Positions 11,101 through 21,700 of a stretch of 64,000 bases of DNA are shown here, one piece after another. The position numbers and the translations under genes are program-made. This stretch comes from a virus. The notes beneath the pieces are model-generated. The model was given only the letters and a program-made list of their open reading frames with translations, did not search any database and was not told the origin of the DNA. The stretch's first letter is position 1. Every line of letters starts with the position of its first letter. The stretch is from positions 1 to 64,000 of the IMG/VR virus record IMGVR_UViG_3300030118_002460; one strand, written 5' to 3'.

Positions 11101-14100
11101 GTTTGTATCTGACTTTGTTCCCTCTGTTCTGTGGTATTCATTCAAGAATGTAAACACAACATTCTCTCCCCTCTCTAAGAGAGAACTTCTCATTGATGAA
11201 GATGTATCTTCCTTCAATCAAGTCAACCTGGTTGGTAGTCAATACGATGGATCACATACTGTCACTGGTATTGCATCCACATCATTCACATACAACCTTA
11301 GTAAAGTTCCTGATGTTGTGTCTTATGGTTCAACCAATTCATCTCCTACCTATGATACATCATCTCTGACTGCTTATGGTTCTATCACCAAGGCAGTAGT
11401 CACTAATCCTGGTGCAGGATATAGAAGTTTGCCTGGTATCAACACTGTAAGAAGTGGATTTGGTACTGATGCAATTCTTTTCCCTGAAAGTAGAAATATT
11501 GGTCAGATTCTGAATTATCAGTATTCATCTAAGAATATTGGTTTTGACTATCCATCTGATTACACACTCAGAACAGTTGCAAATCTTCCTGAAATACTTG
11601 AAATTGAATCTCTCAACTCATTTGTCAGAATTGGTATTTCATCAAATGGTAAGAATTATCTCTTAGCACCTGATTTGGTTGTTATTGATGGATATTCTAA
11701 CAGAATTGTTGATGAAGTCATTTTGACTTATGAACTTGGTGATAATCAAGTCTCAATTATTAGAAATACCACTGGATTGTATGAGACACCCCCTAGAATC
11801 ATACCAATCAACAATAGTAATGGTGTTGGAATTAATTCCATTGTCTATAATTCAAGCACTAAAATTGTCAGAGCCTTCTTTGACACTATTTTCAATGATC
11901 CAGAGGACTTCCCCTATGTAATTGGTGAAAAAGTGATGATTGAGGGAGTTAATGTTGGTCTCTCCACTGTTGGAACAGGATATAATTCAGACCAATACAA
12001 TTATTCTCTCTTCCCCATCACTGGTGTTCTTCCCAATCTAGGTGGAACAGGTGCATTTATTGATTATGATATGTCTGATGTCTTAAATGGCACTCAACAC
12101 CCTGGAAGTCCAATCTCTCCAATTAATGGTAGGGTAATTCCTGAGTCCCACTTGCCTATTTTTGACCCTGTTCTTGAACCTAATGATTATTTCCAAGATG
12201 AGACTGTAACAAATGGTTTGATTGAAGGAAATGTTGAAAGTTATAACAAAAATACAGAAATTCTGAAAGTTTCTACTCCTTTTGACTTCCAAATTGGTGA
12301 TACTGTAAGAGGTCTCACATCAAATACTCAGGGTATTGTAAAAACCAAGTATGATTTCAATGCAGAAGTCCAAACTGGTGCAGGTGCAACCATAATCAAT
12401 GGTTGGAATAGAAATACTGGTTTCTTGAATGACAATTTGCAAAGAATTCCTAATAATGAGTACTATCAGAACTTCTCATATTCACTGAAATCCAGTGTTG
12501 ACTTTGATACTTGGAATAATTCAGTTGGAGCACTTAACCATACTGCTGGATTCAAGAGATTTGGTGATCTTGAGGTTGAAAGTGCTGCTGCATCAGTTGG
12601 AGGACAGTCTGTTCCTATCAATGCTATTGATTCCAACCTTGAAACCATTGTGGATATTGTTGGTGAAGGTCATCTAAACTGTTTCTATGATTATGACAAT
12701 GTAACAGAGACAAGTTTCCTGGTAAATGGCAAAGAGTTCTCAAATGAGATCATCTTTGATAATAGAATCCTGTCTGACTTCTTCCAATCTGTTGGTAACA
12801 GAGTATTGAGTATTGATGATATCTCATCACAGTTCAATAGCAATGAAAGACCAACACCATTTCAACCAGTAGCATCATTTAATTCTGATTACACCTATAA
12901 CAAGATCATCACCTACGCAAGAGATAGGATATTTACTGATGAGAGACAATTTTCTATTGTTTCTATGATTCAGGATGAAAGTGTAGCATATATGCAAGAA
13001 TATGCCACAATTTATTCATACCCCCCTCTTGGATATTATGACTATATTACCACTGCTGATGGTTGGGACCTTCTGTTCTACCCAGTTAAGTATGAATTTA
13101 ATGTATATGATGTATCAGCAGTTGCTTTCAGCATCTTGGGTGATAAGGCAACAGTTGGAAGCAGACCATATGGTGATATTGCACTTGTTGACTCCCAGAG
13201 AGAACCAATTCCTGCAAGCACTGTAACCACTATTGTATCTGTGGGAACATCTTACAGAGCATTGAAGGTTATGACTCTGATTGAGGAAGTTTCAAGTGAT
13301 ATCTTCCATTCTGCTGAACTGAACATCCTCCATAATGGCACAGATGTTCAACTTCTTGAATATGGAAATATGAGTGAGGATGAAACTCTGGTATTCCAAG
13401 GAATTGGCACATATGGTGCAAGAATCAATGGTGGTAATGTAATTGTTGAATTCCATCCTAGTGTTGGGACAGCACTCACTGCAAATTCTGCTGTTATTGC
13501 TATTTCTAGTGGTGCTTCACCTGGAAGTGAAGATCTGAATGTTTCAAGAGTAGGTTCTGCTTACACCTTTATCGCTGCATCAGGCACCCCAACAGCAAAT
13601 GTCATTGATAACTATGAAGCTCCATATGAAACTGGTTATCATTTGGTTGTTGTAGAGAACACAACAGATAATGAGTTTGAATTCTTTGAATTTGCTGCTC
13701 TTGACTCCTCTTCTAATGAGTGTTGTGTTGAATGGGCAAACCTGTCAACAGGTTCAGGAATTGGAACTATTGGTGTAACCTCTACAACAGGTGGTCTTGA
13801 CCTTGTTTATACTCCAATTGCCAATAAAGCAGTTACAGTAAGGTCATATTTCAATAAATTACAAATTTTCAACAATAATACAAATCCTGATGAAATTGAT
13901 CTCAACAATTTAGTCATCAATAGTGATTTTGGTGATTATGCAGGTACAAAAATCAGTGTCAGGGATTCATTTGAACTTACTCATAAGGGTAATCCAATTT
14001 TCTCAAGAAGATTTGATGGTTCTAGTTCAGTTGTTGTTGATTTGAGCAATGACTTCATTCAAATCCCTAATCACTTCTTTGTAAGTGGTGAAAATGTTTC

Positions 14101-17100
14101 TTATGCAGCACAAGGCATAGGTCACACAGCTGCTATTGGTATTGTTACTGCCACAATTCCTGGAATTGGTGCAACTGCCAAACTTCCTGAGGATATATTC
14201 GTTGTCAAAATTGATGAGGGCAAAATTAAATTTGCTGCCACTGCTGAAGATGCACTTTCTGACCCACCAGTGACTTTAACCCTTAATTCTGTTGGTATTG
14301 GTAACTCACATACTATTACTGCTAAGAAGCAGAATTCAAAAGCATTGGTTGCCATTGATAATATGATTCAGGCTCCCATCGCCCCCACTCCTCATACTTC
14401 ATCCCTTGTAAATGGTATTACTTTTGACTTGACCTTCCTCACAACTCTTACAACTGGAATTTCCTCTTCAAAATTTGTCTCTGGTGACATTATCAAGATT
14501 GATGATGAATTTATGATTGTTAGAGCAGTTGATACCTTTGGTATTGATGGAAATATATCTGTCAGAAGACCAGTGCTTGGTTCTGTTCTTGCTGGACATG
14601 CTCCTGGTTCTACTATACAGAGATTTAGTGGAAATTACAATATTGTTGGAAATAGTATCAATTTTGCCTCTGCACCATATGGTAATATTCCCATTGGATC
14701 AACTACCAACCCACCTGATGAGCAAGATTGGACTGGAATCACTTCTAGTTCAACTTTCCAAGGTAGAACCTTTATGAAGGGTGCTGGTGCTGGAACCACA
14801 CTTGAAACTTATAACAGAAATCACGTATTTGATGATTATTCAACTTCTTTCACAGGTGTTACTAGTATATTCACACTTCAGAGTGAAGGAGTCAATGTTA
14901 CTGGAATTAATACTGATACAGTAATTTTGACTAACAATATCTATCAATCACCACAAGGTGTTCAGGTTGTTCAGGGTGATTATCAAGTTATTGAGAATAA
15001 TGGCATCAGTTCAGTCAGATATCTGAGTGAAGGAACACCAGAGGGTTATGATCCCAACAAATCCAGATTCCCTGCTGGTGGATTGATTGTTTCTGTTGGA
15101 TCTACTGAGGGTAATGGATATCAACCACTTGCATCTGCTGGTGGAACAGCAACTGTCTCTGCTGCTGGCACTATCTCTGCTATTAGCATTGGAAACAGTG
15201 GATCTGGTTATAGAGCAGGTGCTCAGGTTGTTAATGTTGGTGTTCAGACCTTTAATGGTGTTATTCCTTCAATTGAGAACATTGGAACAGCAACAATCCA
15301 GAATGGTCACATCGTAAGTGTCAATATTACTAATCCTGGTTCTGGTTACACCTCAACTAATACACCAGTTGTTGTATTTGATGATCCATTGAGTTATACA
15401 GATATCCCTCTTGAATATGCTGCACATAGTTCTGGTATTGGCAACAGTGCTACTATTGACATTGTGGTTGGGGCAGGATCTAGTGTAATCAGTTTTGAAC
15501 TCAGAGATCAAGGATTTGGTTATAGTTCTACTGAGGTTCTGACTATTCCTACTGGTGGTTTGAATGGTATTCCTCTGACTGGCACAGGATTCACTGAATT
15601 CCAACTCACAATTGATACTGTTTACAGTGATCAATTCAATGGTTTCTCACTGGGTGAGTTTGAAGTCTTTGATTCACTTTCTTCACAGTTTGATGGAACA
15701 CAGAAGTCATTCAAACTGCTGATTAATGATCAACCAGTATCAATCAGATCAAAAGCTGGTTCTAATGTTGATGTAGAGCAAACACTGCTTGTATTCCTCA
15801 ATGACATTCTGCAAGAACCTGGTGTTGCATATCAGTTCAATGGTGGTAGTATAATTAAATTTACTGAACCACCTAATGGTCCTCTTGATGGTGTTCCAGG
15901 CAGTGGTGACACATCAAAGGTTATCTTCTACAAAGGTTCAGGTGATGCTGATGTCATCTTCACTGACATTTTGGAGACAATCAAGGTTGGAGATACTCTT
16001 GACATCAATAACAATCCTGAACTTGGTCAACCCATTACTCTTGACCAAACTAAGAGAACTGTGACTGGCATCAATACTCTTGATTCAGTTGAAACTAACA
16101 ACTATCCTGGTCCTGGCATTTCAAGCGATCAAACCATCCTTAGACCAGTAACTTGGTGTAAGCAGATTACTGATAAGTTCATCAATGGTGGATTTGTAGG
16201 TAAAGATAGAATTGAATATGAACCAGAAATTTATCCTGCTTCATATCTCATTCAGACAATGGGTGTTTCTACAACCACTGCTTATGTTGATACTGTAAGA
16301 CCTCTTTACAATTCAAATAATGAGGCTGCAAATAGATTGTTCCAAAATGCAATCACAATCATATCACAGGATTCAAAGGTTGGAGCAAGTGCAACAGCAA
16401 CAGTCTCTGTTGGTGGTTCAATCACTGCTCTTAATATTACTAATGCTGGTGCTGGTTATACAGTGTCCACAGCATCTGTGACTATTGGTTCTGGTGGAAC
16501 TGCTACTGCCATTGCAAATATTACAAATGGAAGTGTAACATCCTTTACTATTTCTGAGGCAGGAACAGGATACACAGCAACAAATCCACCATCTATCCTC
16601 ATTGATACACCAGTTATAGTGAAAGAAGAGATGCCTATCAATTCATTTGCAGGTGACTTTGGTAGAGTTGTAGGATTTAGTTCTACAAAAGTAGGAGCAC
16701 AGAGTAAGTTTATCTTTGACCTGTTTATTGACAAAGATTCCTTTATGAGAGATCCAACTTATGTTGGAACTGGTGTTACAGTCAGTCAACTTGATGTTGG
16801 TGATTATCTGACCATCTTCAACACAAACATCAATGCTGGTGGTTCATTTGAAACACAAGATGCTTCTGGTGCTTCTGTTGGAACTGCAATTACATTCTCT
16901 GATGGAGTTTATGAAGTTACAGCAGTATCAACAGAACTGACTCCTGTTGCTGGTTATGGTGTAACTGCTGTGAGAAGAATCACCACTAATGTTGGGGCAG
17001 TTGGTAATGTAAGTTTTGGTTCTACTGTTTCAGGTGAATTTAGTTGGGGCAAGATCTTGATTAAGAATAGAAAAGAAGCAAATCTTTTCAATTCTCACAC

Positions 17101-17179
17101 TGATCAAGGATTTACAGGTCTCTCAACCAGCACTCTTGTTACTAGATCTGAGTCTCTTAGGTTCACAAACTACTTATAA
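5171..17179 (+). CDS. gp7: Giant baseplate wedge initiator gp7-like protein (4002 aa)
   Basis: Lies between gp6 and gp8; FYKSKGTDQSFEILFRALYG; YYQNFSYSLKS...LNHTAGFKRFG; repeated beta modules; YHYH-like domain. Confidence 0.8.
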   Translation: MAVDRVKFQDIVASQVPDFVKDDFPLLVDFLKEYYVSQEFKSGTYDLIQNLDQYVKVDQLYNIKNSTVLREDIDFLATTIITSADGNFTDGFPDTNGLLQIDEEIILYQSKTDTTFEGCVRGFSGVTDYTGTNTPDQLTFKESLSADHKKGATIVNLNVKFLQEFFSRIKTQFVPGFSERTLFQGLDQRNFIYNADSFYKSKGTDQSFEILFRALYGVDVEVVKPSKFLFKPSDADYRLTEDYVIEGYTGDPLELKNLTFYQDSTQARGTVTNVEKIDYADGDFYQIAIDYGYQRDTNVDGTIYGKFSPNPKTKIINNVSVGSTVIDVDSTVSFPQSGTLVLTDVDGDDFELVYQDKTLTQFLGVTTTTSSFESAGDICLDGYGYAIGPNGRIEVKIITTLTNLRLDSNTFFFKKDDTINIKSIGLESKQEKSEDWYYNVKTHWIVKEFTLIDATQKTYNIKTFDNQFIQPGYRLIVKSTAGDTRTLTVDNCLSKTEFVAVLSDIILPEDLKLIWTLENQILKGVSTKYNEINNINANVLNTYEKFDGSFLVASNSIPNYSGATDPFGRKIIFSGTANGDNLVLAPNGDHGFYTGDAVYYSPKTIIQTITTPNGFSYDVTSLSGFDNLNEGVYYIKRISATTVKLARSTSDIFNNRFLIPTGTVTNNEFCYYDFYQKNVSPQKIYREVNDPSPQVGQYLTAAGYNGILVNGVELINYKSFDTIFYGGIKTFDINNRGQGYDVVNPPKINVTDNIGTGATGTVAVEGSLREIRVIDSGFDYTDDPIVVISGGQGEDASARINLASVDHEVLFNAGPGPKSGLNFSANTVGFTSFHKFRDNERIVYVSDGVPGVTGLTTNADYYANVVDASTITLHDNYNDANAGINTVNISGYGIGNQVFKSYDRKKVVSNIVVDNQGKGYKNKERLIVGVNTAANTFTIGGHGYEEGEIIQYTAGSSPIVGLGATTKYYVCKIDSDTFALSEVGTGQTARDYFYNNKIKTNLLSTGNGTFNYEPITVRVQGTIGVNTATSQDFSCQVQPIFRGSIDSIDVTDQGVGYGASEILNFNRQPVITFNSGEGALLTPIISNGRIIEVLVNMGGEGYNSPPNLTISGIGSFCRLTPIIENGSITEVKVISGGAGYGPDTTVLVQPAGIEASVFTNINQWTVNLFARSFNNITDDDGIIETSLDLGSLQYSHLYPPRPLRENSYSIDSEGNTLYSERDLQRQNDIEVNSSKHSPILGWAYDGHPIYGPYAYNSPDGGPVTRMKSSYELAVDTSNRPPVSQYSEGFFVEDYVYRETGDLDECNGRFAITPDYPEGTYAYYTTIAEFSDTFGPFNNSRRPVFPYAIGNRFNSKPNAFNYDSSSNHVDYDIQKNEWFRNTTPYRLNSSLSGYDYIFNSNSIKKQVIDVTSASVGNIQGVGILTGGRDYRVKDQLIFDNSFTSGKNAAGKVERVSGKVVDSVSVASTQVFDIEFTPFAARGEFVGYSSVPHNLSNNDIVNISGLSEHYDGLDGNYTIGIGTGDFVLLTAVGDASVTGLTTFLNLGGALQYPFVRPDDIMVIDSEKFKVLNTDRQNQRLRVLRAQAGTAATSHLALTKAFKDPRSFTITAGTARTTKTPRLNNVLYFNPAESVGLGTVLGTGVGTTITFSNPGAGASVTVIPPQAILYPNHGLLLNEVVEYSTNGGASIEAWNGVTGSSSTVPITGMGTFFAVPLTNRFVGLSTNKVGISTLTGKYVGINSTPGLLFFTGVGTDVYHSLRTKRADVISGELQKNVVTVSTASTHGLFVNDSINFNLKPKDEVVVRVKYNEFNRRIVFDSQSFLASDVSTSDNSITFANNIFKTGDKVIYSSTTPSGGLVNEKMYYIVVHTPVKVRLVETRAEIKAVQPRFVNITSATAGTLSKVNPRIDISKNNTLKFDLSDPSLAFVSNNNLYSAFDFNLYSDSFYRSLYLTSAKSSAFEVTKSGQVGIDSTANLTLFVSDFVPSVLWYSFKNVNTTFSPLSKRELLIDEDVSSFNQVNLVGSQYDGSHTVTGIASTSFTYNLSKVPDVVSYGSTNSSPTYDTSSLTAYGSITKAVVTNPGAGYRSLPGINTVRSGFGTDAILFPESRNIGQILNYQYSSKNIGFDYPSDYTLRTVANLPEILEIESLNSFVRIGISSNGKNYLLAPDLVVIDGYSNRIVDEVILTYELGDNQVSIIRNTTGLYETPPRIIPINNSNGVGINSIVYNSSTKIVRAFFDTIFNDPEDFPYVIGEKVMIEGVNVGLSTVGTGYNSDQYNYSLFPITGVLPNLGGTGAFIDYDMSDVLNGTQHPGSPISPINGRVIPESHLPIFDPVLEPNDYFQDETVTNGLIEGNVESYNKNTEILKVSTPFDFQIGDTVRGLTSNTQGIVKTKYDFNAEVQTGAGATIINGWNRNTGFLNDNLQRIPNNEYYQNFSYSLKSSVDFDTWNNSVGALNHTAGFKRFGDLEVESAAASVGGQSVPINAIDSNLETIVDIVGEGHLNCFYDYDNVTETSFLVNGKEFSNEIIFDNRILSDFFQSVGNRVLSIDDISSQFNSNERPTPFQPVASFNSDYTYNKIITYARDRIFTDERQFSIVSMIQDESVAYMQEYATIYSYPPLGYYDYITTADGWDLLFYPVKYEFNVYDVSAVAFSILGDKATVGSRPYGDIALVDSQREPIPASTVTTIVSVGTSYRALKVMTLIEEVSSDIFHSAELNILHNGTDVQLLEYGNMSEDETLVFQGIGTYGARINGGNVIVEFHPSVGTALTANSAVIAISSGASPGSEDLNVSRVGSAYTFIAASGTPTANVIDNYEAPYETGYHLVVVENTTDNEFEFFEFAALDSSSNECCVEWANLSTGSGIGTIGVTSTTGGLDLVYTPIANKAVTVRSYFNKLQIFNNNTNPDEIDLNNLVINSDFGDYAGTKISVRDSFELTHKGNPIFSRRFDGSSSVVVDLSNDFIQIPNHFFVSGENVSYAAQGIGHTAAIGIVTATIPGIGATAKLPEDIFVVKIDEGKIKFAATAEDALSDPPVTLTLNSVGIGNSHTITAKKQNSKALVAIDNMIQAPIAPTPHTSSLVNGITFDLTFLTTLTTGISSSKFVSGDIIKIDDEFMIVRAVDTFGIDGNISVRRPVLGSVLAGHAPGSTIQRFSGNYNIVGNSINFASAPYGNIPIGSTTNPPDEQDWTGITSSSTFQGRTFMKGAGAGTTLETYNRNHVFDDYSTSFTGVTSIFTLQSEGVNVTGINTDTVILTNNIYQSPQGVQVVQGDYQVIENNGISSVRYLSEGTPEGYDPNKSRFPAGGLIVSVGSTEGNGYQPLASAGGTATVSAAGTISAISIGNSGSGYRAGAQVVNVGVQTFNGVIPSIENIGTATIQNGHIVSVNITNPGSGYTSTNTPVVVFDDPLSYTDIPLEYAAHSSGIGNSATIDIVVGAGSSVISFELRDQGFGYSSTEVLTIPTGGLNGIPLTGTGFTEFQLTIDTVYSDQFNGFSLGEFEVFDSLSSQFDGTQKSFKLLINDQPVSIRSKAGSNVDVEQTLLVFLNDILQEPGVAYQFNGGSIIKFTEPPNGPLDGVPGSGDTSKVIFYKGSGDADVIFTDILETIKVGDTLDINNNPELGQPITLDQTKRTVTGINTLDSVETNNYPGPGISSDQTILRPVTWCKQITDKFINGGFVGKDRIEYEPEIYPASYLIQTMGVSTTTAYVDTVRPLYNSNNEAANRLFQNAITIISQDSKVGASATATVSVGGSITALNITNAGAGYTVSTASVTIGSGGTATAIANITNGSVTSFTISEAGTGYTATNPPSILIDTPVIVKEEMPINSFAGDFGRVVGFSSTKVGAQSKFIFDLFIDKDSFMRDPTYVGTGVTVSQLDVGDYLTIFNTNINAGGSFETQDASGASVGTAITFSDGVYEVTAVSTELTPVAGYGVTAVRRITTNVGAVGNVSFGSTVSGEFSWGKILIKNRKEANLFNSHTDQGFTGLSTSTLVTRSESLRFTNYL

Positions 17180-17182
17180 ATA
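17175..17182 (+). promoter_or_regulatory. T4 late promoter
   Basis: Perfect TATAAATA upstream of gp8. Confidence 0.8.
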
Positions 17183-17202
17183 ACAAAAAAAGTCCTAACA
17201 AA

Positions 17203-18756
17203 ATGGCAGCGATAATTACTGACCAATTAAGAATTCTGAATGCAAAGAATTTTGTCGCTGGTGTTCAATCCAGTACAAACTCTTACTATGCATTTCTTGG
17301 TCTCCCTAATTCAACTGACTATCAGTCAGACTGGGATACAAATCCTCCTGCTCCCAAAGATAGTTTAGATCAGTCTAATGATTATTGGGACACTATGATT
17401 GCATTGAAGAAAATCAATGCTAGTGATATCAGTCAAGTAGTGAGAAAGATTACTTGGCAATCTGGTATCACATATGATATGTGGAGAAATGATATCACTA
17501 GAAGTAATGCTTCTCTGCCATCAGGATCTTTTGATATCTACTCTGCAAATTACTATGTAATGAATAAAGATTATAGAGTCTATATTTGCCTCTATAATAA
17601 TGCTGGTCCAGAGAATAACTTCAATGGTGGTCCTTCACTTGATGAACCAACATTTACTGATCTAGAACCAAGATCTGCTGGTTCTAGTGGTGATGGTTAC
17701 ATCTGGAAATATCTTTATACTATCAAACCAAGTCAGGCAATCAAGTTTGAATCTACAAACTATATTCCTGTCCCTAGTGACTGGGAGTCAAATAGTGATG
17801 ATGCTGCTGTTAGGCAAAATGCAGCATCTAGTGGTCAGTTGAAAATTGTAACTATTAGAAATCGTGGTGCAGGACTTGGAACTGCTAGAACTTATACACA
17901 GGTTCCCATTAAAGGTGATGGAGCAGATGGTGAAGCAACTGTTGTAATTAATGCTGACTCCAAAGTTGAATCAATTACTGTTTCAAAAGGTGGTTCTGGA
18001 TACACCTTTGGGACAGTAGATCTTGTTGCTGGTGGTGTTCCTGTTGGTTCTACCAGACCCCAATTCAATATTATCATCCCACCTGATGGTGGTCATGGTG
18101 CTGATGTATATAAGGAACTTGGTGCATACAATGTTCTGACTTATGCAAGATTTGAGAATGACACTGAAAACCCTGATTTTATCACAGGTAATCAGTTTGC
18201 AAGAGTGGGTTTGATTGAGAATCCACAGGCATTCAATTCATCATCTGTTCTCAATATTGATAAAGCAAGTGCTGTATATGCACTCAGACTAACAGGAGCA
18301 GGTTATAGTTCAGCAGTATTCACTGCTGATGCTGAAATCACACAAACTGTTGGTTTGGGTTCCACTGCTGTTGGTAGAGTCATTTCTTATGATCAAGTCA
18401 CTGGTGTTTTGAAGTATTGGCAAGACAGAACTAATTCAGGTTTCAACTTTGATGGAACACAAAATGCAACCCCCACATATGGGTTTGAAACACTCAGATT
18501 TAATGCCACACCCACAATTGATGGTAGTATCAATATTTTAGGAGGCAATATTACTCTTGGAATTGATACTGGTTTTACAGGTCTGACAACAGTAATAAAT
18601 AATAGGACATATAACCTAGGTCAGGACTTCACCAAAGGTGTTGCCCAACCAGAGTCTAAAAAGTATTCTGGGAACATTGTATATGTTGACAATAGACCAT
18701 CAGTTACAAGATCGTCATCACAAAAAGAAGACGTAAAGATTATCTTGCAGTTCTAA
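17203..18756 (+). CDS. gp8: Baseplate wedge subunit gp8
   Basis: YRVYICL, DGYIWKYLYTI, SGNIVYVDNRPSVTRSSSQKEDVKIILQF. Confidence 0.9.
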   Translation: MAAIITDQLRILNAKNFVAGVQSSTNSYYAFLGLPNSTDYQSDWDTNPPAPKDSLDQSNDYWDTMIALKKINASDISQVVRKITWQSGITYDMWRNDITRSNASLPSGSFDIYSANYYVMNKDYRVYICLYNNAGPENNFNGGPSLDEPTFTDLEPRSAGSSGDGYIWKYLYTIKPSQAIKFESTNYIPVPSDWESNSDDAAVRQNAASSGQLKIVTIRNRGAGLGTARTYTQVPIKGDGADGEATVVINADSKVESITVSKGGSGYTFGTVDLVAGGVPVGSTRPQFNIIIPPDGGHGADVYKELGAYNVLTYARFENDTENPDFITGNQFARVGLIENPQAFNSSSVLNIDKASAVYALRLTGAGYSSAVFTADAEITQTVGLGSTAVGRVISYDQVTGVLKYWQDRTNSGFNFDGTQNATPTYGFETLRFNATPTIDGSINILGGNITLGIDTGFTGLTTVINNRTYNLGQDFTKGVAQPESKKYSGNIVYVDNRPSVTRSSSQKEDVKIILQF

Positions 18757-18762
18757 AGAATT

Positions 18763-21700
18763 ATGCCACAGGAAACTAACCTTAACGTTGCTCCTTACTT
18801 TGACGATTTTGACAAAGGTAGCAACTATAACAAAGTCTTATTCAAGCCTGCATATCCTGTTCAGGCAAGAGAGTTAAATAATCTTCAGTCTATTCTTCAA
18901 GGTCAGATTGAGGATATGGGCGATAACCTCTTTAAAGAGGGTTCTGTAATCATCCCAGGTCAACTATCTTATAGTGATAAATTCTACTGCATTCAGATTC
19001 AAGCAGAGTATCTAGGTATTCCAGTTTCCTTGTACCTAGATCAACTGATTGGAAAGAGAATTGTTGGTAGGTCTTCTGGTGTAACTGCAACTGTTGTAAC
19101 TTTCATTTCAAATGAGCAATCTGTAAGAGGTCTTTATACACTTTATCTCAACTACGAAAACTCAGGTGATGATAATACCACTGAGTTCTTCCAAGATGAT
19201 GAGGTTCTGGTAACTGAATCTACAATCTCTTATGCAACTACATTTATTGCTGCAGGAGAGGGTTTTGCCAATACCATTGCAGTTGATGCAGCATCTGCTG
19301 GTTCTGCATTTGTCCTTCAGCAAGGTGTATATTATCTGAGAGGCCACTTTGTCAATGTTGACAGTCAGATCCTGATTCTTGAGCAATATGGAACTGCTGC
19401 CAGTTACAGAGTTGGTTTCACAGTCAATGAGGAGATTATATCATCTGATATTGATCCTGATCTGAATGATAATGCGCAGGGGTATAATAACTTTACAGCA
19501 CCTGGTGCTGATAGACTTAAAATTACAGCAACTCTGAGTAAAAAACTTCCTGATGACTTTACAGACCAGGGTTTTGTTCAACTTGCTGAATCACAGAATG
19601 GCATCCTGAGAGATGTCTCTAATGACACTAGATACAATATTTTAGGTGATGAACTTGCAAAAAGAACATTTGATGAGTCAGGTCATTATTATGTCAAAGA
19701 GTTTGTTACAAGTTGTAGAGAAAGTTTAGATAATCAAGAAGGCAATAAAGGAATCTATCGTGCTGGTCAGGTCACTGCTGGTGGTGGTATTCCATCTGAT
19801 GATATGATGGTTTACAAGATTTCCCCTGGTAAGGCATATGTAAGGGGATTTGAAGTAGAAAGACTGGCAACCACTCTGGTTGATGCCAAGAAACCAAGGA
19901 CAACTAGACTTGTTAAGAATCAAGGTATCAACTTTGGTTTTGGACCAACCTTTGCAGTTAATAGAGTCAGTGGTTCACCAATTATTGGAATTGATACATC
20001 TCTCACAATCAGTCTGAGAGACCAGAGAATTGGTGTAGGTTCATACACTGCTCCTGGTAAAGAAATTGGTGAAGCAAGACTTTATGACTTTGCATTAGAA
20101 TCAGGTTCATACAATAGTCTTAATCAAAACACCAACCAGTGGGATCTTTCACTATTTGATGTCACCACTTATCAAGATCTGGAAATCAATATTCCAGCAA
20201 CTTTGACATCACCACTTCACATTGAAGGTGAGTCCAGTGGTGCTACTGGTTTCCTTAAGTATAATGTTGCAAATGGCATAGGTCTTACAGCATACAGTGT
20301 TCAGGGTGAATTCTTCCAGGGAGAGAGACTCAAGTTTAATGGTGTTCTTGATGATGCCAGATTCCTCACAGATGCAAGAAAATACAACATTGGTGATATT
20401 AAGTCTGTCTTTTCTATTGTAGGAACAGGTAATACTTTCTCAGCAGATGTCATTCAGGAATCATCATTCTCATTTGATGTTTCTGAAATCACTGCTGCTT
20501 CTTTGGGCGTATCTACTATCACCACTCCTGCCCTTGGAAGCAGATCAATGACTGGCATTGCCACTGTTGGCAATCTAGTACAATATTCAAGACCAGGACT
20601 TTCTGTACCTTCACTTGCTAGAGTTAGAGAAGTTCTTACACAGTCAATTGTCATTGAACCAGTAACATCTATTGTTGGTGTATGTGATGGTTCTCTTCCA
20701 TCAGCAACATTTACTGTCAATGATCTTAAGATTGTTGATGCTGCTCTTCAGAATTCAAAGGGTTCAGGCAACTTTGCTAATAATGAATCACTGTACAGTA
20801 TATTCCCCAGACAGAACATTGAATCAGTAGATCTCACTGGTTCTGATATGATTTTCAGACAGAAGTTCAGCACTGTCATTGATGCTAATGGATCTTCTTC
20901 TGCTATTAATGTATCTGATCCCAATACTGAGAACTTCCTTTCCTTTGATGAGGAAAGATATTCACTGATTACATCTGATGGTGTGACAGAGGTATTGACT
21001 GCTGATAAGTTTAATTTTGCAGGTGGTTCAACTATTCTGACCATTGATGGTCTAAGTGGACCAGACCCCAACGCCACTCTGATTGCTACTGTTCGTAAAC
21101 AGAATGTTACATCTAAGACTAAACTGAAGAATGTAGCAAATAGAGTTATTGTTGATAAGTCTATCCTTTCTGGTTCTGGTATTGGTGGAACTACACTCAA
21201 TGATGGTCTCACTTTTGGTGATTTTCCATTTGGTACAAGAGTACAAGATAAGATTATCTCACTCAACACTCCTGACATCATAAGAGTTTATGGTGTATTT
21301 GAATCTGCTGATACAAGTGATCCAGAATCACCATTCATGAATGTTGCAAACATGAATGGTCCATCAGCAACCACCAATGACTTGATTATTGGTGAAACTG
21401 TAACTGGTGCAGTCAGTGGTGCAAAGGCAATTTACCTGACCAGAAAATCAGATACTGCCATTGGATTTGTATATCAGAATGACAGTGTTTTTGAGAACAA
21501 TGAAGTTCTCACATTCTCTCAATCAGGAGTTCAGGGACAAGCTAATAATCTTCAACCAGGTTCACTCAATGTAACTAGTGACTATCTGTTCTTCAATGGT
21601 CAAAAAGAGAGTATCTATGACTATGGTAGAATTTTGAGAAGAGGAGATAGAGCAACACCAACCAAAAAGTTGATTATCTACTTCTCAAATGCATTCTATG

